A stretch of DNA of 64,000 bases, taken from assembly GCA_965198235.1 (NCBI GenBank), contig OZ240248.1, positions 1,184,001 to 1,248,000 of the forward strand. The letters are read 5' to 3'. Shown here in pieces: positions 43,145 through 53,452 of the stretch (position 1 is its first letter; each line of letters starts with the position of its first letter). This DNA is from Candidatus Poribacteria bacterium (GTDB lineage Bacteria; Poribacteria; WGA-4E; WGA-3G). The notes beneath the pieces were generated by a model. The model searched no databases and had not been told where the DNA came from. It worked only from the letters and a program-made list of their open reading frames with translations. Both the position numbers and the translations under genes were made by a program.

Positions 43145-43927
43145 TTATCCCTCATCCTTTATTTGGGGTGTATCATAATTATAAGAAGGTGTTAATTCAC
43201 GTATCTTCGCATCAACTTGCTTGGCAAAAGTGAGGCTTTCGTCGAGTTCAGTACGGAGACGTGTGAGTTCTGTCTCATCGCTTTCAGGGTTGAGCGTTAG
43301 TACCCGGGCGTAGAGATGTGAAAGTTGGACAATCGTCTGCTGAACGTCTGCGATCTGTTGTTCTCGGTGTTGTTCGAGTACACTTTTGACGGTTGCCAAT
43401 TGCGTATCTCTTGATTTTTCATGCATTTTAAGCGTGTCTTTCAAGCATTGTACCGCTTGTGTGAAGAGTTCAGAAACTTTATTGGTAATGTCAGCCCTAA
43501 CGCTCATAGGGAGCGTGCCCATCCATCCATCACCGCCTGCCTCCTCCTGAAAGGATTTGTGCAAGTCGCGAAGTTCTTCAAGCATCGTTTCTGTTCGGGC
43601 ATCTCCATCAGATTCAAGTTGTTCATGTAAGATGTTGAGTTCTTCGTCCTGCTTTTGGTGGACTTCCTGAAGGATCTCGCTGTGAACCTGTTTGGCTATA
43701 TCTTCTGTACCGGTTGCCCACTTGCTAATCAGAGTCCCGATAGGCACCAAGATGCTGAGAATTGCGCTACCGAATAGATAAAGAATCTTCGGTTCTAAAT
43801 TGAATATCCAAGATGCAAAAGCGATGGAACTTCCCACGGCGAAGGGGAAGAGAACATAAGAGTTACCAAGAAGATGGAGTAGGAATTTCCTCCGAAACAA
43901 TTTCCGATCAATCAATTTCTTCACCAT
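43145..43927 (-). CDS. Two-TM membrane protein with long cytoplasmic coiled coil
   Basis: Likely start MVKK at 43927 (the upstream ORF extension is a MITE); two hydrophobic helices followed by a heptad-rich region. Confidence 0.7.
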   Translation of the reverse strand: MVKKLIDRKLFRRKFLLHLLGNSYVLFPFAVGSSIAFASWIFNLEPKILYLFGSAILSILVPIGTLISKWATGTEDIAKQVHSEILQEVHQKQDEELNILHEQLESDGDARTETMLEELRDLHKSFQEEAGGDGWMGTLPMSVRADITNKVSELFTQAVQCLKDTLKMHEKSRDTQLATVKSVLEQHREQQIADVQQTIVQLSHLYARVLTLNPESDETELTRLRTELDESLTFAKQVDAKIRELTPSYNYDTPQIKDEG

Positions 43928-43929
43928 AT

Positions 43930-44047
43930 TATAGTAAAGCCCGAAGATACGTGAACACTTTAGAAAACACAAACATCCCTTCTTCGCTGGCGAGGTTTGC
44001 AACCTCGCCCTTCTGTCGGTGTATAGATAATTATGGGCTTTACCATA
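43930..44047. mobile_element. Second copy of the TATAGTAAA-TIR MITE
   Basis: TATAGTAAAGCCC...GGGCTTTACCATA with a central GGCGAGGTTTGCAACCTCGCC. Confidence 0.75.
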
Positions 44048-44145
44048 GTTTTCAGAAGGAAACCGCTTTCTTACCAACAGTTGGATTCCAACAACTCAAC
44101 TTAATATCGAATGTAGAAAGCACGGGGTGTTGGTCAAAACCGTTC

Positions 44146-45741
44146 CTAATACGGCTTTCCGAGGAGTTCGAATGTAACGCTTTGTGCTGCTGCACCTCGC
44201 ATCTGGGTGGAGGTCTGATTGCTTGCGATGGCGCGGATGCGGTGGTTTGCGATACCAGAATTTCTCAGAGATTGTGATGCTGCCTCAGCACGCTGTAAGG
44301 CGAGAATCCGATTCGCCGCTGGATCGCCTTCCTGACGCGTGTGCCCTACCACTCTGAGATAATACTGTGGGAACGATTTCAGGTTTGCAGCGAGTTCTTT
44401 CAGCGCGCGTTCACTATTTGGAAGAATACGAGCATTCCCCCGTCCGAATTGGATCGGCTCTACTTTCATCGCCGCAACGGGCATAAGCGTGTTCCAGTTT
44501 GTATCAGAAAGCGGGTTCAGTGCTGCTGCTTCTTGAACCTGTTCCATAGGTGGCGAGCCAACGAAAATGCCGTCTAATCCGTCGGGACCGCCCGAGTTCA
44601 ACATACCGGGGTGGAATTTATCGTGGTGAAGTGAGCGCAAAATACCCTCAAAGAATAACTGCTCGTAATTTCCTGACACCGGATCAGCGGAGATTGAGTC
44701 CGTCTGCACCAGCACCTGCGTAATTTTAGCGATCATTGTTTCGAGTCTCTCGGCACCTTTTGCCTCCACTGAAGAAATCACTCCGAAATGCGCGTAATTC
44801 TCAACCGTATTCCGCCATTCAATGCCCTTGATTAATTTATTCGTCTCATTTCGGTTAAGCGAATCACCATACTGCTTTGCATCCGCTTGGATCAAGGACG
44901 CTAACCCATCGGGCTGGTTATTGTAATCATAGTTTGCTCGAAGATACGCTTGGACAACGTGCGTGACGAGTTCACGTTGTGAATCCAAAAATTCGCGCTG
45001 AACCACTAACACATCAACGATATAACCCTTCAGTTTTGAGCTGTCTAACAGCAGATGCACACCCTCAATAGCGAGTGCTTTCGTTACGTAAGGTTCCCAG
45101 ATGACATAAGCGTAGGGCTCATCCGGATCAGCGGTCTTGAGTTTCTTATAGGCATCTCCAGCACCGTTTGTCTCCACTGCCCACGAAGAGGGTAGGCTCG
45201 GCAGACTCATTTTGTTAATCATAATTCGGGCGAGTGTTTCACTCGGCGAATCCGGGGTCAGCACGATACGCGCCCGCGGATTGCTCAAACTCGGTATTTG
45301 AGGCACACCTCGCTTATAGGCAACAATCGCATCTGCCCCTTTAGATTCATCAATCACAAGGACAATTGAACCGGGGAATTCGCCGATGACGCTACCTGAC
45401 TTGAGGTAGGCATCAATAGTGAAAACCGCCATCTGTACCTTACCGCTTTTCAGAGCGCGTGCTCTCCCTATATAATCGGCTTTATCGTCAACGAACGTCA
45501 GTTTAATCCCTTGCCGGTCCAACAGGTTCTGAACAGCTGGAGAGCGGAGTATCGCATACCCCGGAAACGAGTCATGCGCCACTTTGATAGTATGCGCATA
45601 CCGTTGTGTGCTCGTCTCTTTGACGAGATCGCCTCGCAGCCACGGTTCAACAACAAACTTGTAAACTAACCCGGTTACCCCGATGATAACCAACCAGCTT
45701 GCGGTCGCGATGATTAGGCGTTTTTTCTTCCCAGCGTCCAT
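44146..45741 (-). CDS. Membrane-anchored substrate-binding (NMT1/SsuA-like) plus OmpA-like domain protein
   Basis: N-terminal TM; DSFPGY, IDESKGADAIV, WEPY, IVDVLV; C-terminal F..G.A.I...V.GHT..EGD..AN..LA.QRA. Confidence 0.8.
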   Translation of the reverse strand: MDAGKKKRLIIATASWLVIIGVTGLVYKFVVEPWLRGDLVKETSTQRYAHTIKVAHDSFPGYAILRSPAVQNLLDRQGIKLTFVDDKADYIGRARALKSGKVQMAVFTIDAYLKSGSVIGEFPGSIVLVIDESKGADAIVAYKRGVPQIPSLSNPRARIVLTPDSPSETLARIMINKMSLPSLPSSWAVETNGAGDAYKKLKTADPDEPYAYVIWEPYVTKALAIEGVHLLLDSSKLKGYIVDVLVVQREFLDSQRELVTHVVQAYLRANYDYNNQPDGLASLIQADAKQYGDSLNRNETNKLIKGIEWRNTVENYAHFGVISSVEAKGAERLETMIAKITQVLVQTDSISADPVSGNYEQLFFEGILRSLHHDKFHPGMLNSGGPDGLDGIFVGSPPMEQVQEAAALNPLSDTNWNTLMPVAAMKVEPIQFGRGNARILPNSERALKELAANLKSFPQYYLRVVGHTRQEGDPAANRILALQRAEAASQSLRNSGIANHRIRAIASNQTSTQMRGAAAQSVTFELLGKPY

Positions 45742-45746
45742 AGTTT

Positions 45747-46676
45747 CTATTTCCTATTTCTGAAAATCAAGAAGCCGGTAACGGAAAGCACAACCAGAAG
45801 GATGACGAACCATATAGCACCTTGATTTTCATCATCATGTCGCTGTGGTGTCGGAGCCTTTCTCGGTGTTGTCGTTTGCGCCTGTGTCGCCTCTATAGAT
45901 TTTACAGCGATTGCCGTATTCCTCGGCAGCGTTGTCAGCCGCTGAATTAAATCAGAGGCAATTTCCGATGAAAGCGGGGCAATGTATTCAAATACATCTT
46001 CGCCGCTAACGTCTGTACCTGTATCGCCGGTTTCCGCAAGAATCTGCGACACTGCCGCCACCAACTCGCCTGGGTTATCTGCCTTGCGGTAACTATCCAC
46101 GACATTTGCCAACATGTGATCGGTTTTCATATCAACACCGATTACATCAATGCGAATCTGGCGATTGAGGATTTCAGGCGTGTAGTACTTAACTTTGTCG
46201 GCATCCGAAGCCTCACCATCTGTAACAACTAACAGCCGATAGTTACCGTAGTTGTACTGTTTTTCCCGTTGTTCAAGGAGGCGATTTGCCCCAATTCGGA
46301 TATATTTCCCCAATGGCGTGTTGCCGCTGGGTTGTGGTAAATGAATAGCTGCTATCAGTTTTTGAGTGTCCTTCAGTCCTAACGGATAAACCCATTCGTT
46401 CTGGATGTTAGTACCGCTAAACACCAGCAATCCGATATGGGTGTCGTTAGGAACTTTCGCCAGCACTTCTTGTAGTGCCCCCTTCGCTGCTTCCATCTTC
46501 GATTTCGTCTGGTCTCCACTAAACTTATCCCGCATTGAGCCAGAGGCATCGAGAATCACAACAATGTTATCTTTATGAATGTCATCGTCGGTACTGCCGA
46601 GTTGGACACTAAAAATGAGTAGACTCAATAGGAGAATAAGTCGCACACCGGAGTTGGCGGTTATAATGCCTTTCAT
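45747..46676 (-). CDS. von Willebrand factor A domain protein with C-terminal TM anchor
   Basis: MIDAS motif DASGSM, GNTPLG, VVTDG, IDVIG; start uncertain (ORF is open to 46781). Confidence 0.85.
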   Translation of the reverse strand: MKGIITANSGVRLILLLSLLIFSVQLGSTDDDIHKDNIVVILDASGSMRDKFSGDQTKSKMEAAKGALQEVLAKVPNDTHIGLLVFSGTNIQNEWVYPLGLKDTQKLIAAIHLPQPSGNTPLGKYIRIGANRLLEQREKQYNYGNYRLLVVTDGEASDADKVKYYTPEILNRQIRIDVIGVDMKTDHMLANVVDSYRKADNPGELVAAVSQILAETGDTGTDVSGEDVFEYIAPLSSEIASDLIQRLTTLPRNTAIAVKSIEATQAQTTTPRKAPTPQRHDDENQGAIWFVILLVVLSVTGFLIFRNRK

Positions 46677-46893
46677 CAAAGTTTTTCGGACCGGAAACCT
46701 CGCCTTAAGAGGCGAGGCGGAAAGTCCCTCTCCGTTTTTTACTAAACTTTTTTTAGAAAATTCCGTTAGGGTGGGTAGCACCTGACGAAAAGAACCTATC
46801 TATGTCATGCAAACTGTCAATCTTCGGAAACCTTCAGCAAGAAGTTTTCGCTCAAAGAACTTCTCTCTTTCTGATGGCTGACTGCTATTCCCG

Positions 46894-48816
46894 CTAAAAA
46901 TCAAAATCAGAAGCTGCGACAGCTTCCGCTGAAACTTTAATCAGCGCGAATTCAACGCGCCTGTTTTCTGCTGCTTCAGTCGGACTGGTCGGCTTTGCAA
47001 TAACGGGCTCCTTAATTCCGACACCTACTGGCACAATCTGGTCCGGGTCGATGCGTGCGTTTTTGCGACGGGCATAGGCGATGATCGCCTGTTTAACCGT
47101 TTGTCCCCGCTGCTCAGAGAGTTTGAGAGCAGCCCGCATCACTTGGTAAGGACTCTCAATGTTGCTACCATCGTCAAACTTCCTCTGCTGAATCAGCCGA
47201 ATCAGGTTTGCGGTGTTTTCCAAGCTAAAAGCCTTACCGTCCATGAAATATTTGTAGTTACCTCGCGTGCCCGTCCGCCTCAAAATACCTGTTTGGAGCC
47301 CCGTTTTAACTAATACGCTCAGGGTTCGAGAGGGGTCGCTGTGCCCCTTTATTGCAATGGCGGCGTTACCGTATTTTGAAGCCAACTCAACAACTCTACC
47401 GAATTCTTCTCGGTATTCGGTATCGCTAAAGGTATCTTGATTTGCCTTAAATTGAATTGTAAACGAGATAAGCGTCTTTTCGTCGAGCACTGCGTCTTCA
47501 TTAAACGATTCAATTTCAGCGCGCACTGTCTCTTTTTTGAAACGGGTCTGTTTCAGTTGCGCAGGGGCTGTCACGGTCGTCGTCAGCAGGTTCTTAAAGG
47601 TTGACGAATTAAAATCTAAATCGGAGGGGAGCAGCGCATATCTCTGCCTGGCAAACCCCCAGTTCACCGCCATGTCCAGGCCTGCTTTATTGAAGCCTTC
47701 AAAGCCTGTAATGGTGTTACGCGGATCTTTGAAGAAGGCGATATTTCCCGGTTGCCCAACGAACGTGCAATCCGCGATTAAGCCATGGGCATCCTCTTCA
47801 AGCGTGGGTAATACTTCTTTACCGTAGATGTTTTGCATCATCGTCAGGAGCTGCGTGTATTTTTGGGAGCCGCTCTTTTCGTAGGCTTTTTTAAGAGCCA
47901 CAACCTCTTCGGCACCCTTCAGATAACCCGCGAAGAAGCGTTCAACGAACGGTTTGTAAGCGTCGTAGAAATCCTTGCGGCAGGCGTAAACATCAGCGAT
48001 AGAACGTGAAAGCGTCGCGGTACTAATGACAACCCGAGCACCTTTGACGGTACCTTCAGCTCCAGTGCCAGTATTCTCGGGACCGCCTGTCAATCCAATC
48101 ATATCGGGGGTTATCACAAAGCAACCTGCGATAGTGGGGTCCTTTCGGAAGCGTTCTGCGGGTCCTTTCGCACCTGTTAATTCGTCGACCCAAACAATTT
48201 CCACCTGGGACTTTGAAAGACGGGCAGTCTTCAACATATCATAGAGCATCCCTACGTGCGGGCCACCCTTTTGGATAGCAATCTTTTTGCCCCTAAGGTC
48301 AGAAATTTTCCGGATGTTAGAACGTCCAACGAAGTGGTCACCTGCTGACCAGGTGAGTTGTCCGAAAACGACCGGTTTTGTACGGGCATCCTTTCCCACG
48401 GCTTCGCTTGCTTGCGCTATCATCCTAAACGTACCACGCAGGAAGGGTGATTTGCCCGCAAGATAGTCGCGGACCTGCTGCTGAAAGTTATCTCCCGGCA
48501 CCAATTTGAGATTCATTCCGAGTTCCGCCATAATCGTGCCAGGGCGAGTCGTCAGCCCACCGTTGGCATGGAAAAGGGCAGCTTCCCCACCCCATGTGAT
48601 ATATGGAACTACTAACGGGGTTATTGCTGTTACCTCTCGAACAGTAACAGGACCGACTGCATCTGAAAACCGCTCTTGCGCGTTTGCCTGCGGCGCAAGA
48701 AAGATGAACAGACTCATGAGACAAAACAACATGCATTTTTGGCGTAATTTGCAAGCCAAAAACTTGCTATAGAAAATTAAAAATCGCTGGCAAATCGACC
48801 TAGAATTCCTTTTCAT
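46894..48816 (-). CDS. Exported substrate-binding plus OmpA-like domain protein
   Basis: Signal peptide; ITWGG, TWSAGD, L.GKKIA.Q..GPH, IADVY; C-terminal KGHSDP...LSEQR...G.G...P...NRRVEF. Confidence 0.8.
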   Translation of the reverse strand: MKRNSRSICQRFLIFYSKFLACKLRQKCMLFCLMSLFIFLAPQANAQERFSDAVGPVTVREVTAITPLVVPYITWGGEAALFHANGGLTTRPGTIMAELGMNLKLVPGDNFQQQVRDYLAGKSPFLRGTFRMIAQASEAVGKDARTKPVVFGQLTWSAGDHFVGRSNIRKISDLRGKKIAIQKGGPHVGMLYDMLKTARLSKSQVEIVWVDELTGAKGPAERFRKDPTIAGCFVITPDMIGLTGGPENTGTGAEGTVKGARVVISTATLSRSIADVYACRKDFYDAYKPFVERFFAGYLKGAEEVVALKKAYEKSGSQKYTQLLTMMQNIYGKEVLPTLEEDAHGLIADCTFVGQPGNIAFFKDPRNTITGFEGFNKAGLDMAVNWGFARQRYALLPSDLDFNSSTFKNLLTTTVTAPAQLKQTRFKKETVRAEIESFNEDAVLDEKTLISFTIQFKANQDTFSDTEYREEFGRVVELASKYGNAAIAIKGHSDPSRTLSVLVKTGLQTGILRRTGTRGNYKYFMDGKAFSLENTANLIRLIQQRKFDDGSNIESPYQVMRAALKLSEQRGQTVKQAIIAYARRKNARIDPDQIVPVGVGIKEPVIAKPTSPTEAAENRRVEFALIKVSAEAVAASDFDF

Positions 48817-48883
48817 GATTTTCCTCTCGTTTCGTTCGTTTTCAATTATCAGTTAAAGACAATAACCGATAAACTTGTCAAAT

Positions 48884-49813
48884 TTACCTTGTGAGGGCAT
48901 ATGCAACGACGTTCATCCCCTGTTCAAATGCCCAATCCCGCTGTTCCGCACCACCAGGCTCACACGGTCTACCTTCCCACGCGCAATTGAGGTCACTCGG
49001 ACAGAAGTAGACAATCACGCGGTCGTCGTCCATAATTGCCTCGTCATAGTCGGAGATGTCAGGGATGCGTTTATCACCGCCGAGGTATTCATCGTGCTGA
49101 AAGAGCGTCCGATAAATCGGATGACTCATCTCCAGCCGTTCAAAATTCTTTTCCGGATAGACCTGCCGCATCATCTCATAGATATGCGGACGCAAACCGC
49201 CGCGATAACCGTTAAGGCGTGCATCACAGTCTTCGACGTGAAGAAAGCCACCACGTTCAAAATAATCTCTCAACTTTCGGATCTGTTCAGGAGAAAGCCG
49301 AATCCCGGTATGTCCTGTCATATAGAGGAATGGATAGGCGAATAATCCTTCGTCATCAATGTCAACATATTGCGGATGCTCACGTACCTCAACATCAATT
49401 GTCGTATATTTAGCAAGTTCCTGAGTGAACTTCAGATCCGATTGCCAGTAATAGTGATTGACAATGTTCGTCCACCAATCGCCACCGGGATACTTGAGTC
49501 GCACAAACGTGAATTTCTCACCCGTTGGATTCATCTCAGGATAGTGGTGTTCAATTACCCCATATCGTCCGTAGTGAAAATCCCCTGCTGCGTCATAAGG
49601 GAGATATTCTCGGAACCTCCATTGGGCATGTGCAGGCAGAATCAGCTTACCCGCGGCGAGCGCAGAGGCAGCAAGTCCAACGGAGCCTTTAAAAAAGGAG
49701 CGTCGCGACAGTCTTTTTGCCGGTTTCGATTCCACGCTGGATATAAGTTCCCGGTATTCGTTACCAGCATCCGATTTCTTTCGAGGTTCGGGGTGTCTAT
49801 TGTTGCTTGACAT
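48884..49813 (-). CDS. DUF4159 domain protein with Tat signal
   Basis: SRRSFFK; RLKY.GGDW, YPFLYMTGH, LR.Y...GGFL..DD, HPIY, DL.CAW, G.N...YALT; GGAGG RBS before ATG 49813. Confidence 0.82.
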   Translation of the reverse strand: MSSNNRHPEPRKKSDAGNEYRELISSVESKPAKRLSRRSFFKGSVGLAASALAAGKLILPAHAQWRFREYLPYDAAGDFHYGRYGVIEHHYPEMNPTGEKFTFVRLKYPGGDWWTNIVNHYYWQSDLKFTQELAKYTTIDVEVREHPQYVDIDDEGLFAYPFLYMTGHTGIRLSPEQIRKLRDYFERGGFLHVEDCDARLNGYRGGLRPHIYEMMRQVYPEKNFERLEMSHPIYRTLFQHDEYLGGDKRIPDISDYDEAIMDDDRVIVYFCPSDLNCAWEGRPCEPGGAEQRDWAFEQGMNVVAYALTR

Positions 49814-49917
49814 GACCTTTCCTCCTGTCCCGATTTCTATTGTAGCCAACCTGTCTTTTCTTCTGCTATCCACTAACAACGGTTTATTGTGCTGACATTA
49901 TTTTACATTATTATAAC

Positions 49918-51342
49918 CTAAAAGCGCGAAAAAATCAAGATCGCGTCCGAAATTGCGCGTCCCCGTTGCCTCGGCATCGAACGTATCCGCCGGTTACCGC
50001 GGGTGATCTTTGTGTTCTTTTCTACTCGTGCCTTTTTCCCTTCCGGTTTATCACGCGACTTATCAGACGCAGCCTCTTTCTGTTTGGCGCTCACAACTTC
50101 ATCTCGGACAACTAACATTGATGAAGTGCCGCCGTCAAGATTAAGCGCATCCGTCGCGCCCCATTCCAGAAACAGTTCCGCGAGCCGTGGCAGCATTACA
50201 CCGCGTCGGACCCCTGCTTCTGTTGCTGTTATCGTCACGAAAAGGAGGGTGCCATCCGCCTTTTTACCGACTGCTGTCCGTGGATGCCAAAAACTGTGAA
50301 AAGCACGATCAAAGCCCTCTTGTTCGTAAGATTTCGTTGAAGATGCGACTCCATCCTGCAGTAGTAACGGACCACCGCCGACAATATGTGTGAAACTTGC
50401 CCACAAATCGCTGTCGCCGACGCGCTCAGGGATGATTGTCTCACGAATCTGAACCGCATCGCCTTCTGCGGTGTGGGTTAAAAGATCCTCGCGTCTTTTA
50501 CCACTTGCTGACAAAATATAACCATCTGTCGGGATGCGCGAACTCCCTTGTCCGTTGTGGATGCCGACGACCTCACCATTTCTCACAACGGCTTCTACCC
50601 CATCGGGCATTGTCAAGGTCACGACGTGAAAATGCGGGCGGTAAATTACGAATTCGTTTCTGCCACGGTTCCGATTCATACCGTCAATTGGCAACGTCCC
50701 CCCACTCGGTAGAACGAGTTCCTGCCGCAGTGCTATCCGGTCAATGGACGCTTCGATTTTTCCATCAACCGTTCGGAGTCCGATCACCGCTCTGCCCTGT
50801 TCCGGTTCGCTTATCCATTCACCATCAATCTTCAACGCACCGACCGACTCGCCACGGAACGTACCCACCATCTCAAAGAAGCCACCATTTATCGCAGCGA
50901 GTGCCTTGTGCCGCCGCGCAAGCGACACCAATGTTTCAGTCCCAATCCCTGCACTCAGCGCACGATATGGACGGATGTCCACAGCATCTGGAGACACCTC
51001 AAGAATGTTCGTCAATACGCCGTTATCTTGTATCTGCCGGTGCACAACTCCCCGAGCAACCGATTTTGTCACATCCGTCCGCTCACGATCCGCAAAGGAA
51101 CGAAAATAATCGGTTATTTTGCTGAACTGAACCGTCTGTCCCAACTGAATACCGATGCCGAGGATCAGCAGAAAGCCAATTATTGTCCATGTGCGTGGGT
51201 AGCGTCTGATGAAACGGAAGCACCGCCGTCCTAAATAGGTAATGTCAAACACTTTTTTAACTATTGGGTTTCTGAGCTGCCCTCCGCTACGCTTACGGGC
51301 AGGTTTTTGATTAATTCGAGAAAGTTTCAAAAACCATAGCAC
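49918..51342 (-). CDS. Phosphodiester glycosidase (NAGPA) family protein
   Basis: AAINGGFF, GGGPLL, HPRTAVG, A.NLDGGTSS; the first ~30 aa are repeat-derived, so the true start is probably ~51250. Confidence 0.85.
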   Translation of the reverse strand: MLWFLKLSRINQKPARKRSGGQLRNPIVKKVFDITYLGRRCFRFIRRYPRTWTIIGFLLILGIGIQLGQTVQFSKITDYFRSFADRERTDVTKSVARGVVHRQIQDNGVLTNILEVSPDAVDIRPYRALSAGIGTETLVSLARRHKALAAINGGFFEMVGTFRGESVGALKIDGEWISEPEQGRAVIGLRTVDGKIEASIDRIALRQELVLPSGGTLPIDGMNRNRGRNEFVIYRPHFHVVTLTMPDGVEAVVRNGEVVGIHNGQGSSRIPTDGYILSASGKRREDLLTHTAEGDAVQIRETIIPERVGDSDLWASFTHIVGGGPLLLQDGVASSTKSYEQEGFDRAFHSFWHPRTAVGKKADGTLLFVTITATEAGVRRGVMLPRLAELFLEWGATDALNLDGGTSSMLVVRDEVVSAKQKEAASDKSRDKPEGKKARVEKNTKITRGNRRIRSMPRQRGRAISDAILIFSRF

Positions 51343-51399
51343 GTAACGAAGTGGAGTGCGGATTTAAGGAACGCACGCAAAAGTCTAAACGCACGAGGT

Positions 51400-52803
51400 T
51401 TAACCGCAAGGTAAATTAAAAATCCGTTCCTCCCATTCATCGCATGTTGCGTGGGTACGCCGCACCGAAGCACCGATATAATTCGTCGGATCTTGGAGTG
51501 CTTCACGCTGCGATTCCGTCAACTTGTCGAGGAATGGACGAAACGTTTCATCTTCCCACAATAACGCCGTCAAACTCTTTCCGGTCTGATGCACCTGTCC
51601 TATCAACTTCCGGGTGTGATCATACGCATCGGGAAACCCGTAATACGCCATCAGCAGATAAATGGGTTCTGCGATCGTATCCTCTGCACTCAGAGCGAGG
51701 TTGCGCCGCATATTGTCCGCTTTGACATCCATCTCCTCCAATGCACGCCGAAGCCGATAGATCGCGTAATCGAACGCCGTGAACAGTTCCGTCAAGAAGC
51801 GGCTTGATGCCGAATTCGTCAAATCGCGTTGATGTTCTAAAATGCTATCCATAAAGACGGTCTGCATACGCGGCACGAACGCCTTCCACAAACTTTTGAT
51901 GTTCTCGTACGTTTCTGGATTCACTTTGTGCGGCATCGTCGATGAGCCTACCAACTGCGGATTATACTTTCTGCCGACCTCAGCGATTTCAGTCCTATAG
52001 AGGTGCCGCATATCGTCTGCGAAGTTCGCAAGCACTGTATATGCCGCCGTAATCTGATACGCCAGATCCGAAATGAACTCTGGTTCCACACACTGCGTTG
52101 ACGTGTGTGTATCGGACGGTTTCAAGCCGAGTAGTGCGAGAAAATCCGCCTCGATCTGCTCTGGATGTTCATGAATCAGCGTGAGTCCATTGAACGCGCC
52201 GACTGCCCCTGAAAATTGCCCACGGAGGTTTTGTCCCGCTTTGTGAATCTCTTCAATTCGGGTACCGAGGCGACTCACGTAAAGTGCCAACGCATAGCCG
52301 AACGTTGTCGGCTCCGCGTGTTGTCCGTGTGTCCTGCCGATTTGCACCGTCCCTGCATGCTCGCGCGCCAGTGCAATCAATTGCTGTTCCAGGACAACCA
52401 GATCAGGAATAATGACGTTTTCTGTGAGTGCTTTAAACCGCAATGCAGTAGCGGTATCTAAAACGTCCGCGGAGGTCGCAAACAGGTGGACATAAGGGCG
52501 CGCTTCCGGGCTAATCTTCCGCCGAATCACATTGACGAGTGAGCGGATATTGTGCCGAATGCGAGACTGCTCCTCATAAACCTCTTCCGCCGTTACCAGA
52601 TCCACTGCCTCTTCTACTTCATCAGCGATCGCGGAAGTGCAGACCCCGTAGTTTGCCAAAGTGCGTACCAACGCCGCCTCCACCTTCGCCTGATATGTGA
52701 CATATCCTGCCTCAGAGACATAGGGTAGCAACCGTTTCATAAAATCGGGATCACCACCGTAGTACCTAAAATCCAGTGGACTGACGGCTTCATAAAGTTC
52801 CAT
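51400..52803 (-). CDS. purB: Adenylosuccinate lyase
   Basis: SPLDFRY, HLFATSAD..DTA, GRTHGQHA.PTT.G, GSSTMPHKVNP...E, HQRDLTNS. Confidence 0.88.
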   Translation of the reverse strand: MELYEAVSPLDFRYYGGDPDFMKRLLPYVSEAGYVTYQAKVEAALVRTLANYGVCTSAIADEVEEAVDLVTAEEVYEEQSRIRHNIRSLVNVIRRKISPEARPYVHLFATSADVLDTATALRFKALTENVIIPDLVVLEQQLIALAREHAGTVQIGRTHGQHAEPTTFGYALALYVSRLGTRIEEIHKAGQNLRGQFSGAVGAFNGLTLIHEHPEQIEADFLALLGLKPSDTHTSTQCVEPEFISDLAYQITAAYTVLANFADDMRHLYRTEIAEVGRKYNPQLVGSSTMPHKVNPETYENIKSLWKAFVPRMQTVFMDSILEHQRDLTNSASSRFLTELFTAFDYAIYRLRRALEEMDVKADNMRRNLALSAEDTIAEPIYLLMAYYGFPDAYDHTRKLIGQVHQTGKSLTALLWEDETFRPFLDKLTESQREALQDPTNYIGASVRRTHATCDEWEERIFNLPCG

Positions 52804-53452
52804 AAAATGTCTTCTCCGTTAGAGCGGAGCAAACTCCACTCTTTCATCTTTGTTTTCTTACCAATTATACACGCGATTGAGGCGAATGTAAAGCGTTTGT
52901 TTTCCTGTAGGCAGGGCTATTTAGTTTTCCATTTTTTGCGACATTTTTGGATAACCAAACCCGGTAGGAGCGGTTTGATAAGGTTTCAATAAATATTTCG
53001 GTAATTCTACCCCAAAAATCATTGTAGGGGGTTTTTGCTTGGGGTGTTTTTGCTTGGGTATTTCTGCATATTGATAGGTGTTTTTGCTGTAGGAGCGAGT
53101 TGTACTCGCGACGTTCATCGACCGCTGACTGCTGATTGCCAACGGTAGGAGGGATCTCCAAATCCCGACTTATCCCATACAATCGGCAGGTGGCAAGGTT
53201 CTAACCTCGCTTACCATAATCCCCTTCCTTTGCTGGCGAGGTTTCTAACCTCGCTACCCACAACCCTCCTTTCTTCGCTGGCGAGGTTTCCCAACCTCGC
53301 CTCGTCCCTAACGCAACCCAAGATAAACGCAGTAAGGGGAAAAACACAACCGGTTGCTTCCCTATACTTACGAGAATCAAAATGTGAAAAATAATTTCAC
53401 AATTTAGCACTTTATGCATCACATATCACGCTTTAGATTCTCCTCCTTGTTT

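Noticed and set aside
52865-53422. Short ORFs with TPKQKHP / ETSPAK repeats
   Set aside because: These are translations of REP copies and the stutter insert, not genes.
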